Shown here: one piece after another, positions 19,747-33,000 of the stretch
How positions within the stretch are numbered: position 1 is the first letter of the stretch
Layout: each line of letters begins with the position of its first letter
Position numbers and translations under genes: made by a program
NCBI GenBank assembly: GCA_021787665.1
Contig: JAJYLN010000007.1
Span: 10,135-74,134 of the forward strand
Length of the DNA stretch: 64,000 nucleotides
DNA from: a bacterium
GTDB taxonomy: Bacteria; JAMCPX01
Reading direction: 5' to 3'
Notes under the pieces: model-generated
The model's database searches: none
Seen by the model: the letters and a program-made list of their open reading frames with translations, nothing else
Told to the model about the DNA's origin: nothing

Positions 19747-21267
19747 CTACAGCCTCTTCATCCTCAGGTATGCGAGCACACCGAAGAAAAAGAGCAGGGC
19801 CGGAATCAGAACCACGGTCATGTAGAAGATCAGCTTCCCCTGCACGACGGTCAGGAACATCTGCTGCCCGCCGTTGGGCCTCGTCCGTATGGTCACGAGG
19901 TTCCCCTCTTTTACGAGCCAGCTCACCGTGTTCATGATAAGGTCCCTGTTGAACAGCGCCGTAAGGTACTTGTTTGTGGCGATCGATGAAGTACCGAACA
20001 CCGCGATGCGCGCGATCCTGTCCCCGATCGTCAGGGGGCCCGCGACGGCGACGCTGATCGGGCCTTTCACGTCTCCTGGACCGAATTTGGCGATTCCCTT
20101 GCTGAACAACGTCTTCAGGTGCACGTCCGTCCAGCTCGAGTTGCTTGTCTTCGCGATGGAAGTGACGCCGGGGGCCGTACCTTCCTTCCGCTTTACCACC
20201 TCGACCGACCGCACCATCGGGAAGATCGTCGTACCTTTGAAGTCCTTCGTTATGTCGCTTCCCTTGCTGTACTGGGTCACCACAGGCTCTACCCCGAGGG
20301 TCGGGCCCTGGAACAGCCTCACGACCTGATCGAGGACGACGTCGTTCCCCACGGTTATCCCGTACTTCGAGAGGAACTTCGGTATCCCGGTCCTGGTCCG
20401 TGGGTCTATCATGAGCAAGAGGTATCCGCCGTCCCTGAGGTAGCCCGCGATCGAATCCAGCTCCTGGGGCAGGAGCGGCTTCACGGCCCCGGCGTCGACC
20501 ACGAGCGTGCAGGACGTCGGTATGGACGCAACGGCAGGGAGCAGGAGCTGTGTAACGGTATAATCCTGATCGATGAGCGCTCGTCTGAACAGTCCGTACC
20601 CATTCACGCCTGAGGCGTCCGACAGGTCCCTCTCCCCGTTGCCGGTAATGTAGCACACGTTGATGACACGCGTCGAGAGCAGCTTTAAGATCGCATTCGT
20701 TACATCGTTCTCCGTGGCCTGCCCTATTTTTACGGTCTTACCGTTGTACTGTAGGACGATCGTCCCGCTCGTGGTTATGCCGTAACTCCTGGCGATTGTC
20801 GGCTCCTTGTCCGGATCAATGACCTGGTAGTGCACATACCTGCTCAGGTACGCGTACTCAGCAAGCAGGTCCCTTGCTTTCATGCTCGTGCCTTCCTGAA
20901 AAAAGGCCGTGATCTTCAGGTCTTTCTTGAGCCCTTTAAGGATCTGCCGTGTCTCCTGGGAAAGGGTATACTGACCGTTGGCGGTCATGTCCCATCGTTT
21001 ATAATAGTTGCTGGAGACATAGTTTATAACAGAAACTATCCCCAGGACGACCACCACGAGCACGATCGTGTTGAAGCCGTACAGGGCCTTCTTCACGCTA
21101 AAGGCGCTCTTTATCTCCCTCCTGTACAGAAGAAACCACAGTACGACGAGAAGCAGTCCGGCCGACAGAAACAGTATCGTCCACGCGTTCAGCAGCGACG
21201 TCACGAGGTACACGAACATGCCCGTGACGATAAACAGTACACCAGCGATCCATAATGCTATCTTCAT
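19747..21267 (-). CDS. GldG-like ABC-type uncharacterized transport system, periplasmic/auxiliary component
   Basis: 506 aa with N- and C-terminal TM helices and a large periplasmic domain. Lies between an ABC-2 permease and DUF4340. Confidence 0.7.
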   Translation of the reverse strand: MKIALWIAGVLFIVTGMFVYLVTSLLNAWTILFLSAGLLLVVLWFLLYRREIKSAFSVKKALYGFNTIVLVVVVLGIVSVINYVSSNYYKRWDMTANGQYTLSQETRQILKGLKKDLKITAFFQEGTSMKARDLLAEYAYLSRYVHYQVIDPDKEPTIARSYGITTSGTIVLQYNGKTVKIGQATENDVTNAILKLLSTRVINVCYITGNGERDLSDASGVNGYGLFRRALIDQDYTVTQLLLPAVASIPTSCTLVVDAGAVKPLLPQELDSIAGYLRDGGYLLLMIDPRTRTGIPKFLSKYGITVGNDVVLDQVVRLFQGPTLGVEPVVTQYSKGSDITKDFKGTTIFPMVRSVEVVKRKEGTAPGVTSIAKTSNSSWTDVHLKTLFSKGIAKFGPGDVKGPISVAVAGPLTIGDRIARIAVFGTSSIATNKYLTALFNRDLIMNTVSWLVKEGNLVTIRTRPNGGQQMFLTVVQGKLIFYMTVVLIPALLFFFGVLAYLRMKRL

Positions 21268-21271
21268 GCCA

Positions 21272-22048
21272 TCACCTCCATCTCTCTGATTCGAGCACTC
21301 TGTGCGTTAGGAAAAGGAAGAAAAAAATGCCGCTCAGGTAGTACACGATGTCCCTCGTATCTATAATCCCCTTTATCATGTTCTGGAAATGGATGTCTAT
21401 GAGCGAGAGATAGCTCAGGAAGGCCGACAGTCCCGGGCTGACTCCGTGCGACACCCACCCTATCGCCCAGAACAGGAGCAGGAGCCCGAAGGTTATGACT
21501 GCGGCGACTATCTGGTTCTCCGTAATGCTCGAGGCGAACATGCCGATGGCGATCATCATCGAGCCCATGAGGAACATGCCGAGGTACGTCGAAAGGATGA
21601 TACCCATGTCCGGCGACCCGTAGATTACCAGGAACACGGGGATCGACAGCGTGAGGACGAGCATGACGCCGAAGACAAGGCATGCGGAGACGAACTTCCC
21701 GATCAAGATATCGGTCAGCGTCACCGGCGAAGTCATGAGGAGTTCCTTTGTCCCGTTCCTCTTCTCTTCGGCAAAGGTCTTCATGGTGACGATCGGCATA
21801 ATCAGAAGGAGGATCACAGCGATGTTCGCGTACATGGGCTTCACGATATAGTCGTTGATGTTCAGCGATGTAATATATCCCTGGTACTTCATGTACTGGA
21901 GGCTCACGAAGTTGTAGAGCTGTATCCTCACGTAGAAGAAGTAGCCCCCTAGGAGCGTGAATATACCCAGGATCACGTAGGCGATGGGCGACGCAAAGTA
22001 AGAGACCAATTCCTTTTTCACTATCGACCAGATCTTTCCCGGGTTCAT
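21272..22048 (-). CDS. ABC-2 family transporter permease (GldF-like)
   Basis: 258 aa six-TM protein, 4-nt overlap with the upstream ATPase gene. Confidence 0.75.
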   Translation of the reverse strand: MNPGKIWSIVKKELVSYFASPIAYVILGIFTLLGGYFFYVRIQLYNFVSLQYMKYQGYITSLNINDYIVKPMYANIAVILLLIMPIVTMKTFAEEKRNGTKELLMTSPVTLTDILIGKFVSACLVFGVMLVLTLSIPVFLVIYGSPDMGIILSTYLGMFLMGSMMIAIGMFASSITENQIVAAVITFGLLLLFWAIGWVSHGVSPGLSAFLSYLSLIDIHFQNMIKGIIDTRDIVYYLSGIFFFLFLTHRVLESERWR

Positions 22049-22986
22049 TGTATACCTCCTCTGTCCTGCGAGAGCAGCTTTATATACACCTCTTCGAGGC
22101 TGACGACCTTTGAGGAGAACTCCACGATGGGATACCCCGCCTTTAAAACTGCGTCCGTGATACGCTCAGGCCCCTTGAAGCCGGTGTCCACCGTAATCGC
22201 GAGTCCGTCGTCCTGCCTCTCCACGTCCTTTATACCGTCTATGGACTTGAGCAGTCGGACGACTCCATCGTCCTGTTTGCCCGTCACGAGGCGGTACGTT
22301 CTCTCCCGGTAGATATCGTCCGAGAGCATATTATAGTCCCCACCAGCGAGCAGCCTGCCGTCGTTTATCACGAGGACCCTGTTGCAGGTAACAGTGACCT
22401 CAGGGAGCACGTGGGTGCTCAGGATGATGGTGTGGTCCTTCCCGAGCTCCCTGATAAGGTTTCGTATTTCAATGATCTGCTCCGGATCGAGTCCCACCGT
22501 TGGCTCATCGAGTATCAGGATGGAGGGGTTACTCAGAAGGGCCTGGGCAATACCGACCCTCTGCCGGTAACCCCGGGAGAGGTTGCCAACGAGCCTGTCC
22601 TTCACCCGTTCAAGACCGATCTGCTGCACGACGCGGTCGATGGCATTCTTGCCGTACTGGCCTGACAGACCCTTGATCCCTGCCATAAACTTCAGGTACC
22701 CGAGTACCGTCATTTCCGGATAGGCAGGCGCGAGTTCCGGGAGATAGCCAATGATGCTTCTCACACGGACAGGCTCCTTCCGCAGATCGTACCCGTCGAC
22801 CACCACCTCGCCCGACGTGGGCGATAAATAGCCTGTGATGATGCGCATTGTCGTGGTCTTTCCTGCACCATTCGGACCGAGGAAGCCCAACACCTCACCC
22901 TTCTCCACGGTGAAGGAAATGCCGTTCAGCACCGTCCTATCGCCGTATTTCTTCGTTATGTTCTTTAGCTCAATCATACGATACAC
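22045..22986 (-). CDS. ABC transporter ATP-binding protein (GldA-like)
   Basis: Walker A GPNGAGKTT, signature LSRGYRQR, and Walker B ILILDEPT. Confidence 0.9.
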   Translation of the reverse strand: MYRMIELKNITKKYGDRTVLNGISFTVEKGEVLGFLGPNGAGKTTTMRIITGYLSPTSGEVVVDGYDLRKEPVRVRSIIGYLPELAPAYPEMTVLGYLKFMAGIKGLSGQYGKNAIDRVVQQIGLERVKDRLVGNLSRGYRQRVGIAQALLSNPSILILDEPTVGLDPEQIIEIRNLIRELGKDHTIILSTHVLPEVTVTCNRVLVINDGRLLAGGDYNMLSDDIYRERTYRLVTGKQDDGVVRLLKSIDGIKDVERQDDGLAITVDTGFKGPERITDAVLKAGYPIVEFSSKVVSLEEVYIKLLSQDRGGIQ

Positions 22987-23011
22987 CCCTTTTTTGCACT
23001 GGTATGGTATT

Positions 23012-23041
23012 GTTATAACAAAATAAAAGAAGCAATTTCAA
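23012..23041 (-). promoter_or_regulatory. Putative sigma70 promoter for the ABC/GldG/DUF4340 operon (-35 TTGAAA, 18-nt spacer, -10 TATAAC)
   Basis: The minus strand reads TTGAAATTGCTTCTTTTATTTTGTTATAAC about 40 nt upstream of the ABC ATPase start, which itself has an AAGGGGTG RBS. Confidence 0.35.
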
Positions 23042-23051
23042 GGCGCTGTCG

Positions 23052-25352
23052 TCACGTCACTACCGATGCGAGCGTTGCATCCGAAACGACGTCCTCGGCA
23101 CTGATCTTCACGTCAATGGCGCCATTGTTTATATAGAGGTCGAACTTCTTGGCACTGTCCCAGTTGGCGGTCAGGGGGATCTTGACGAGTTGGTCTATCG
23201 TCCTTTTCAGCAGTCTCGCTCCGTACTTCTGGCTATAGCCGTTGGCAACGATATAATCTATGGCCTCTTCCGTTACGGACAGGTACCTGTCCTGCCTCTC
23301 CATCTGCTTCATGATCTGGCCAATGTATCTGCGCGCGATGTCCTTTACCGTCTCATACTCCAGCGGGTTGAAGACGATCACCTCGTCTATCCTGTTCAGG
23401 AACTCCGGCGAGAATATCCTCTCAGCTTCGGCGATAACGGACTTCCTCATAGGGCCGAGCCCTTCCCGGGAGTCCTTCAGGAAACCGAGCGGCTGCATGA
23501 ACTTCTTGAACTGGTCCGCGCCAAGGTTGCTCGTCATGACGATGATAGTGTCGCTGAAATATATCTTTTTGCCCCTCCCGTCGGTGAGCCAGCCCTCGTC
23601 GAAGACCTGGAGCAGGAGGTTATGAATGAAGCCGTTGGCCTTCTCGATCTCGTCGAGGAGGACCACCGAAGACGGGTTGTCCCTCACCATATTGGTGAGT
23701 ATCCCTCCCCTCTCGGAGCCCACGATGCCCCTGGGCATGCCTATGAGCTTGTCGATGGCTATAGACGAATCGGAATACTCCGACATGTCGATCCGTACGA
23801 TCTTACGCTCGTCCTCATAGAAGAACTCCGCCAGTGCCTTGGCCAGCTCCGTCTTGCCTACGCCGGTCGGCCCCAGGAACAGGAGCACCGCATCCGGCCT
23901 ATTGTAGTTCTCCTTCAGGGGGCCTTTGTTCAATCTGATGTAGTCCGTCACGGTCTTAATGGCTTCCGGCTGTCCCCTGACCCTGCGGGAGAGTATCTCC
24001 TCGATATGCAGGAAGCGCTGGGCTACGTCCCTCGACACCATATCGAGCGGTATCTGGGATTCCTGCGCAACGACCTCTTTCACCGTTTCGACCGTGACGA
24101 CCTCCTCGTTCTTGATCTCGGTCTTGACCGACGAGGTATCGAGCCATCCAATCACCTTGTCCGGCAGCCGGACGGACTTGTTGTACCGCTGGCTCATCTC
24201 GACGGCGACGTCCACTGCCTCCTGCGGTATCGTCACCGAGTACAGCTTTTCGAGCCGCGGGATCACTCCCTCGAGGATCGTCTTCGCCTCACCGAATGAC
24301 GGCTCCTTGACATGGACCAGCCTGAACCTTCGTGCAAGCGCCTCGTCTTCCGCTATGAACTCCTTATACTCGGTGTATGTCGTCGCGCCGATGATCTGGA
24401 CCTCGCCCCTCGCGAGACTGGACTTGAATATGTTTGCGGCGTCGCTCGGAACGCCCATCGCGGAGCCCGCTCCCACGAGACTGTGCGCCTCATCGACGAA
24501 CAGGATGATGTTCTGGCGTTCCTTCAGCTCCTTAATGATGCGCTCTATCCTGTCCTCGAACATTCCCCGGAACATCGTCCCGGCAACGATGGTATTCATC
24601 TGCAGGTTGACGATCTGCTTATCCTCAAGCCTATGAGGGATCCGGTCAGGTTCGAGCTCTATAAGCCGAGCAAGGCCTTCCACGATCGCCGTCTTGCCCA
24701 CGCCGGCCTCCCCCACGAGCATGACGGAGTTGCTCCTCTCCCGGTGCGAGAGGATCTCCATGATCTGATCCAGCTCCTTCTCTCGCCCTATCAGGGGCGG
24801 CAGCTTGTCCAGCCGCGCCAGCTTGTTGAGGTTGGTCCCGAACTGCTTCAAGTACGGCGGAAGCTCGTACTTCTTCTTGAGCTCCTTCTCTTTTTCTTCG
24901 CGTTTCCTCACGAGCCGCTCTATCTCTATGATGACGGTTCTCGGGTCGTACCCGAAACCACGCAGGAGCTGTACCGGATAGCAGTGCCCCTCCTCGAACA
25001 TCGCCACCAGAAGGTCCACCGGCATGATGACCTGTTTGCCCTCGCGGCGTATATTTTCCAGCGCGATCTGTATGATGGTATTCGTGTCGGGAAGAAACTT
25101 GACTCCCCTCGTAACGAAGTACTTGGAGTTGTTCAGGTGTTCCTTCAGGAGATCCTCTATCAGTCTCCTCTCGATGCCCAGTGCATTGGTGAGGTCGTTG
25201 TAAAACTCCTTCTCGAGCGTAATGAACGCAAGGAACAGGTGCTCTACACCAACATAGAACTGCTGCCGTTTCTTGGAGTCGTCGATCGCGAGGTTGATCA
25301 CTGCCTGGGTCCGCTCCGCAAGCCTATCCTTATAGTTGGTCAAATCGAACAT
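23052..25352 (-). CDS. clpA: ClpA-like AAA+ chaperone/ATPase (Clp_N domain + two AAA modules, no ClpB middle domain)
   Basis: 766 aa. D1 Walker A GEAGVGKTA, D2 Walker A GPTGVGKTE, N-terminal Clp_N repeats. Confidence 0.8.
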   Translation of the reverse strand: MFDLTNYKDRLAERTQAVINLAIDDSKKRQQFYVGVEHLFLAFITLEKEFYNDLTNALGIERRLIEDLLKEHLNNSKYFVTRGVKFLPDTNTIIQIALENIRREGKQVIMPVDLLVAMFEEGHCYPVQLLRGFGYDPRTVIIEIERLVRKREEKEKELKKKYELPPYLKQFGTNLNKLARLDKLPPLIGREKELDQIMEILSHRERSNSVMLVGEAGVGKTAIVEGLARLIELEPDRIPHRLEDKQIVNLQMNTIVAGTMFRGMFEDRIERIIKELKERQNIILFVDEAHSLVGAGSAMGVPSDAANIFKSSLARGEVQIIGATTYTEYKEFIAEDEALARRFRLVHVKEPSFGEAKTILEGVIPRLEKLYSVTIPQEAVDVAVEMSQRYNKSVRLPDKVIGWLDTSSVKTEIKNEEVVTVETVKEVVAQESQIPLDMVSRDVAQRFLHIEEILSRRVRGQPEAIKTVTDYIRLNKGPLKENYNRPDAVLLFLGPTGVGKTELAKALAEFFYEDERKIVRIDMSEYSDSSIAIDKLIGMPRGIVGSERGGILTNMVRDNPSSVVLLDEIEKANGFIHNLLLQVFDEGWLTDGRGKKIYFSDTIIVMTSNLGADQFKKFMQPLGFLKDSREGLGPMRKSVIAEAERIFSPEFLNRIDEVIVFNPLEYETVKDIARRYIGQIMKQMERQDRYLSVTEEAIDYIVANGYSQKYGARLLKRTIDQLVKIPLTANWDSAKKFDLYINNGAIDVKISAEDVVSDATLASVVT

Positions 25353-25367
25353 CTGTCGCTCTCTCCA

Positions 25368-26210
25368 TTACTTAGTATAGATCATTTTCTCCAATCTATC
25401 AATCCTAGCCTCAAGGGGCGGATGCGTGCTGAAGAGAGACACCATTCCTTTTCCCAGGAACGGCGATACGATAAACAGGTGTGCTGTCGAAGGATTTGTC
25501 TGCATCGGCATTCTCTGGTTCCCGTACTCGAGCTTTTTCAGGGCCGAGATAAGCCCGCTCGGGCTTCCCGTGAGCTTCGCGCTGCCCTCGTCGGCGTAGA
25601 ACTCCCTGGATCGCGATATCGCGAGCTGTATGATGCTCGCGGCGATGGGCGCGAGAATGGCGAAAAAGAGCATCACGAACACATTGTTTCTGTTCCTGCT
25701 GTTGAATCCGCCGAACAGGTCGGCAAACATCGCCATCCGTGCGAGCAGGATGATAGCGCCGGCTATCGTCGCGGATATGCTGCTGATAAGAATGTCCCGA
25801 TGAGCGACATGCGAGAGCTCGTGACCGAGCACACCCTCCATCTCTTCCTCGTTCATACTATCGAGCAGGCCCTGCGTGACAGCCACCGCGGCATGCTCGG
25901 CACTGCGGCCCGTCGCAAACGCGTTCGGGGTCGGACTCTGAATAAGGTACACCCTCGGCATCGGCAGGCCTGCCTTCGTCGTCAGTTTTCTGATGATAAA
26001 GAACAGCCGCGTTGCCTCTGATTCCGAGAGCTCGCGTGCCTTGTACATCGCCAGAATGATCCTATCTGAAAACCAGTAGCTGAAAAAGTTCATCGCCACA
26101 GCAATAAAGAACGCTATCAGCATACCGTTCTCGCCTCCGAGTGCTCCCCCAATCAATACCAGCAGGCCCGTGAGCGTACCGAGCAGTAACACCGTTTTTA
26201 GTTGGTTCAT
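25368..26210 (-). CDS. htpX: Zinc metalloprotease HtpX
   Basis: HELSHVAHRD (HExxH) motif between TM helices. The likely start is MNQLKTVLL. The ORF-track start is at 26276. Confidence 0.85.
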   Translation of the reverse strand: MNQLKTVLLLGTLTGLLVLIGGALGGENGMLIAFFIAVAMNFFSYWFSDRIILAMYKARELSESEATRLFFIIRKLTTKAGLPMPRVYLIQSPTPNAFATGRSAEHAAVAVTQGLLDSMNEEEMEGVLGHELSHVAHRDILISSISATIAGAIILLARMAMFADLFGGFNSRNRNNVFVMLFFAILAPIAASIIQLAISRSREFYADEGSAKLTGSPSGLISALKKLEYGNQRMPMQTNPSTAHLFIVSPFLGKGMVSLFSTHPPLEARIDRLEKMIYTK

Positions 26211-26229
26211 ACGTTCGAACTCCTTTCGC

Positions 26230-27171
26230 CTAATTTTCGCTTTTGAAAAATTTAAGCCGCTTGTCTGAGAAGTCAATACGCCTTCCTCCCAGCAGACTGA
26301 TCAGCATGCCGTGCAGCAGGCCTTTCGATGACAGGTAGCACCGGCCCATGCCCAACGATTCCATGATCCGTAAAAGGATCATGAGTCCCGGGAGAAGGAT
26401 GTCGGCCTTGTCTTCCTCGAGGCTGGTGAGAGACCGTATCTGACCGATGGTCATCGCGGAAAGCTTTCCGTAAAACGTCCTGAGGTCCTCTAAGGCGAGC
26501 CCATCAGACGGCTTCAGCATATTGTAGATGGTGCCTATATTGCCTGGCACGCCTATCTGTATGTCCGGCCTCAACGTCCGAATCTTCACGAACGTGTCTT
26601 TAAAATCGCCTTCGACAGATGATACCACCGCCGCGAGCTCTCGGCGTGTCGGCGGATCGTGGTGCAGGAAGGCCTCCCTCAATCGTACCGCGCCGGTTTC
26701 TACGGCCAGAGCGACCTGAATGCTCTCACGATCGCCCACGGACAGTTCCGTGCTGCCTCCGCCGATATCGACCACGAACGCCAGCCTACCGGCAACGTCG
26801 ATACCGTTCACCGCGCCGGTATGAATAAGCATCGCCTCGTCTGTACCCGCTATTATCTCCACGTGAAAGCCTGTCTTTTGTCTGACAAGATCCACGAACT
26901 GCCTCGCGTTCTTGGCCGTTCTTAAAACGCTCGTGGACACGACGCGCAGCGTGTCTATATGATACCCCCCGATGATCGATCGCACGTCATCGAACGCCTC
27001 CAGCGTCCGCTCTATAGCATGTCGCTTCAGCATCCCGTCGGAAAACATGCCCTGACTGAGCCTGTTGGGGTAGCGGACATACTTTACGAGCGTGTAACTC
27101 TGCGGATCTCCCTCCCCTATAGCGAGCCTCATGGCATTCGTCCCCAGATCAACGACGGCTACCTGTCTCAT
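26230..27171 (-). CDS. ppx: Ppx/GppA family phosphatase (exopolyphosphatase / pppGpp phosphohydrolase)
   Basis: Actin-like ATPase fold motifs: VDLGTNAMRL at the N-terminus and DIGGGSTE. Confidence 0.8.
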   Translation of the reverse strand: MRQVAVVDLGTNAMRLAIGEGDPQSYTLVKYVRYPNRLSQGMFSDGMLKRHAIERTLEAFDDVRSIIGGYHIDTLRVVSTSVLRTAKNARQFVDLVRQKTGFHVEIIAGTDEAMLIHTGAVNGIDVAGRLAFVVDIGGGSTELSVGDRESIQVALAVETGAVRLREAFLHHDPPTRRELAAVVSSVEGDFKDTFVKIRTLRPDIQIGVPGNIGTIYNMLKPSDGLALEDLRTFYGKLSAMTIGQIRSLTSLEEDKADILLPGLMILLRIMESLGMGRCYLSSKGLLHGMLISLLGGRRIDFSDKRLKFFKSEN

Positions 27172-27241
27172 ATCAAAAGATAGTATCTATCACCAAGCCG
27201 GTACAGTCAAGGACCGCCCAGGGCATCTCGCAACGGCTACT

Positions 27242-27892
27242 CTAAAACAGGAATCTGTACCCGGCCATGACTTCATAGCCTCCCACGTTCACCGTGGAAC
27301 CGGGGAAGACTGAGTACTGATCTATCGGGACTGAGAGCTCGGCGGTGACTGCGCCGTTGCCCCCGACCACGAAGTCCGAGCCTACGACCGCCTCCAGGCC
27401 GAGGCCGTACGCGGTAACGCTGCCGTAACCATAGTAGCCCTGGCCCGTCGACGTATCGAATGCAGAGCTGTTGTATACGAGACCGACGCCCAGAAACGGT
27501 ATTATGTTGTTCAACGGGAATCTACCGAGCGCGTCCAGCTTGAGCGCTACGTTGCTGAAGTCCATGGTATAGGAATAATAGGTAGCCGTTTGTGTATCGT
27601 AGTTTGTTCCGCTCCAGCTCGAAACGCCGGTATAGTCGAGCTCGACTCCCAAGGCGAAGTAGTCCCCGAAATTGAAGCGGCTGTCCACCCCGATCCCGAT
27701 CCCCGTGCTAAAATCCTTCAGGCCGTCTGAATCCTGGTTCGGGAAAAACCCGATAAGCTTGACACCGACGGACCCGTTATGCCCCCTTGTACCGTACTGA
27801 TACGGATACGGATACTGTGCAACGGCAGTACCGCAAAGGACAAGCACCAATCCTCCTACCATCACGCCAGCTTTACTCATACTCTTTTTCAT
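27242..27892 (-). CDS. Outer-membrane beta-barrel protein (OmpA-like N-terminal barrel / OMP_b-brl family)
   Basis: Signal peptide ending AVAQ, alternating amphipathic beta-strands, and a C-terminal aromatic residue (F). Confidence 0.6.
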   Translation of the reverse strand: MKKSMSKAGVMVGGLVLVLCGTAVAQYPYPYQYGTRGHNGSVGVKLIGFFPNQDSDGLKDFSTGIGIGVDSRFNFGDYFALGVELDYTGVSSWSGTNYDTQTATYYSYTMDFSNVALKLDALGRFPLNNIIPFLGVGLVYNSSAFDTSTGQGYYGYGSVTAYGLGLEAVVGSDFVVGGNGAVTAELSVPIDQYSVFPGSTVNVGGYEVMAGYRFLF

Positions 27893-27919
27893 GTTCTCCC
27901 CCACCTCCATGTAGAGTAA

Positions 27920-30004
<2,085 letters not shown>

Positions 30005-30085
30005 TTACCATCCTTCTATGAACAGTACAAAGCGCGTCTCGCATTTGACAATTTGAATAAAATAAGTACACTCTAACATATCTAA

Positions 30086-33000
30086 TTGATTCATTTATTA
30101 AATACAACCATGAAATTTAATAAATCGTACAGAACATGCGACATCTATCATGGCGTCTATAAAATCAGTAAGCCCGAGGTGGGCGACGTAGTCATGAGGA
30201 GACGACTCTTCCGAATACTGGATAGCTTCAGGTCAAAGCCCGTCATCTGGCTGTCCGGCGTGCCGGGTGCCGGCAAGACGATACTCGCGGTCAGCTACTT
30301 GAACAGCCGCAAAATTCCGTACCTGTACTATCGCATGGAGGGGAGCGACACGGACCTTGCCACGTTCTTCTATTATCTGGGTATGGCGCTGGGGAATGCC
30401 CGATCCGGCAAGACACCTTTTGGACGATATAGCGGAACACGCGCCGGACAACTCGCCAGTCTGCCGCTCCTCACGCCCGAATACCGACTGGACGTCCCTG
30501 CATTCACCCGGTGGTTCTTTAACGAGTTCTACGGCATGATAGGGCACGAGAAAAGACTGGTTATCGTCTTCGACAATTATCAGGAAGTGCCCGCAGACTC
30601 CATGCTCCACGCCGTGATCGGCGAAGGGCTCTCGATGCTCCCCGAGGACGTGCACGCTGTCATAATAAGCAAAGGCGATCCGCCCCCGGCGTTTACGCCG
30701 CTGCGCATGGGCAACAAGATGGGGTTCGTCACGGACAAAGAGGTCCGGTTCACCCTGCCCGAGACCGTGGGCCTGCTGCACCGCATGGGGATAGTCCGTC
30801 CCGGTACGTCCGGATCGAAACAATTCCACGAGATGGCCGAGGGATGGGCGGCGGGTCTGGTTCTGCTGACGGAGGAATACAGAAGGGTGCCGGCCCAGCA
30901 AAAGCCATCGCTGCCCGACAAGGCGCTCCTATCGGAAAGATTGTTCGGCTACTTTGCGGACCACATCTTCGGCCGGCTGGACAAAGAATTGCAGGACTTT
31001 CTGCTGAGGACGTCTTTTCTGACGAAGGTAACGGCCGCGGCGGCCAGGGAGATGACCGGCGCAAAGCACCCGGAAGACATACTCGGCTATCTTCACCGGA
31101 ACAACTACTTCACGGTCAAGCTCGCGTCCCCGGAGCCCGCATACCACTACCACTCGCTCTTCCGGGAATTCTTGCTGTCACACGCGAGAGCGACTTTTAC
31201 CGAAGACGAGCTCCGCTCCGTCATGGCGCAGGCGGCCCGGCTCCTCGCCCAGTCTGGAGAGTTCGAAGAGGCGGCGAAGCTACTGGCGCGCGCGGGCGCA
31301 TGGCCCGATTTCACAAGTCTCGTCGTTGCCCATGCGCCTTCACTGCTCGCGCAGGGACGCAACCAGGTCCTGATACAATGGTTCAAACAAATGGATCAGA
31401 AGGCGGTTGCAGGAAATCCGTGGCTGCTGTACTGGTACGGTCTTTCGATATTCCCCTTCTCGCTGCCGGAGAGCCGCGCGTACCTCGAAAAGGCCTTTGC
31501 ATTGTTCAAAGAGCAGTCCGATGAAAACGGCATCTACCTGTCCTGGGCGAACGTCGTAAGGACGTACTGTATCGAATGGAACAGCTTTAAGCCGATCGAC
31601 AGCTGGCTCGACACGATAAACGGCTTCCTCGAACGCGTACCGCTGCCCCCGGGTGAGTCGGGGACCTACTTTATCTCGGTTATGCTTCTTGCACTGCTCT
31701 ATCGCAGGCCAAAATACGAAGACATAGCGCCGTGGCTCCTGCGTGCAGAGGAGATCGTGCTGTCCGGCAAAGGCACAGACATGCGTACCAGGATTATGAT
31801 CGGCAGCTACCTGATGCTATATTACTCGTGGACCGGGGATATCTCTAAAATGGAAGTCCTGATGAACACGCTCAGACCGCCGTTCAGGCATTACGACACG
31901 CGGAAGGACACGGCAAGGTCCACCGCAGACGGGCAGGGAACCATAACGCCACTCGATATGATCCAGTGGCAGATCGTCGAGTCTATATATGCATGGCAGA
32001 CGCTCTCCGCGGAAATCTCCTCTGCCATCGAAACGGGCATCGGCATAGCGAATAGCTACGGCCTGCACCTGTGGGACCACATACTGTATTCGCAGGGCGT
32101 ATATTATGCCCTCAGCGTCAACGACATGCCTGCCGCGGGCATGTATTTAGACAAGATGTCGAAGGGGGTAAACGTCAATAGTCTGGTGGACTGCTCGCAT
32201 TTTTATTATCTGAAGAGCTGGTACAGCCACGCGCAGGGCAAGCTGCCCCTGGCGATCGAATATGGAGAGAGCGCCCTGCGGAACGCAGTTCAGGCGGGCG
32301 CTGTCTTCCCGGAGATCCTATGCAGGCTCGGACTTGCACGGGTACAAACTGCGGCCGGCAATTACGGAAAGGCGCGCGAAAACGCCGCGCGTGCGGAAAG
32401 GCTCTCGCGCGACATGCGGTGCATCATGGGACAATGCTATTACCATTTGCTGGAAGCCCAGATCGCGTTCGAGCGGGGCGATGAAGAGCGTGGCATCGAG
32501 TCACTGCGGCAGGGCATGAAGATAGGGAGGGAACAGGGATACATCAACAACTGGCGCTGGATGCACGAACCCATGCTCTTCCTGTGTCTGCGAGCACTCC
32601 GGTACAGCATCGAAGTACCGTATGTGCGCATGCTCATCAAGAGGCGCGGCCTCTTGCCGGACCCCCGCTCACTCGACAGGTACGGCATCGATTCCCTGTC
32701 CGATGTAGAAAACTGGCCGTGGACGCTGGACATACGTACCCTCGGCGGCTTCGAGCTTATCAAAGAGGACGACGACGGCAAGCCTGTCGAGTCCCCTGTC
32801 CAGGGCAAGGTGCAAAAGATGCCGCTCGCCTTGCTCAAGGTGGTGATCGCCTCCGGCGGCACGGATGTACGGGAAGAGTCCGTCGTGGACGCACTTTGGC
32901 CCGAGGCGGAAGGCGATAGGACGCACACCGCCTTCTCCACGACCTTGCAGCGTCTCAGGCAGCTTATGGGCAGCGAGAGATGCATCAGGCTCAAAGAAGG

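Noticed and set aside
19724-20656. 310-aa minus-strand ORF overlapping the GldG-like gene in another frame, and a 164-aa plus-strand ORF at 20119..20613
   Set aside because: Arg-rich shadow frames. The GldG-like frame has a coherent TM - periplasmic - TM architecture.
23190-26021. 369-aa and 569-aa plus-strand ORFs antisense to clpA and htpX
   Set aside because: Antisense frames of well-supported genes. No motifs, extreme Arg/His/Leu content.
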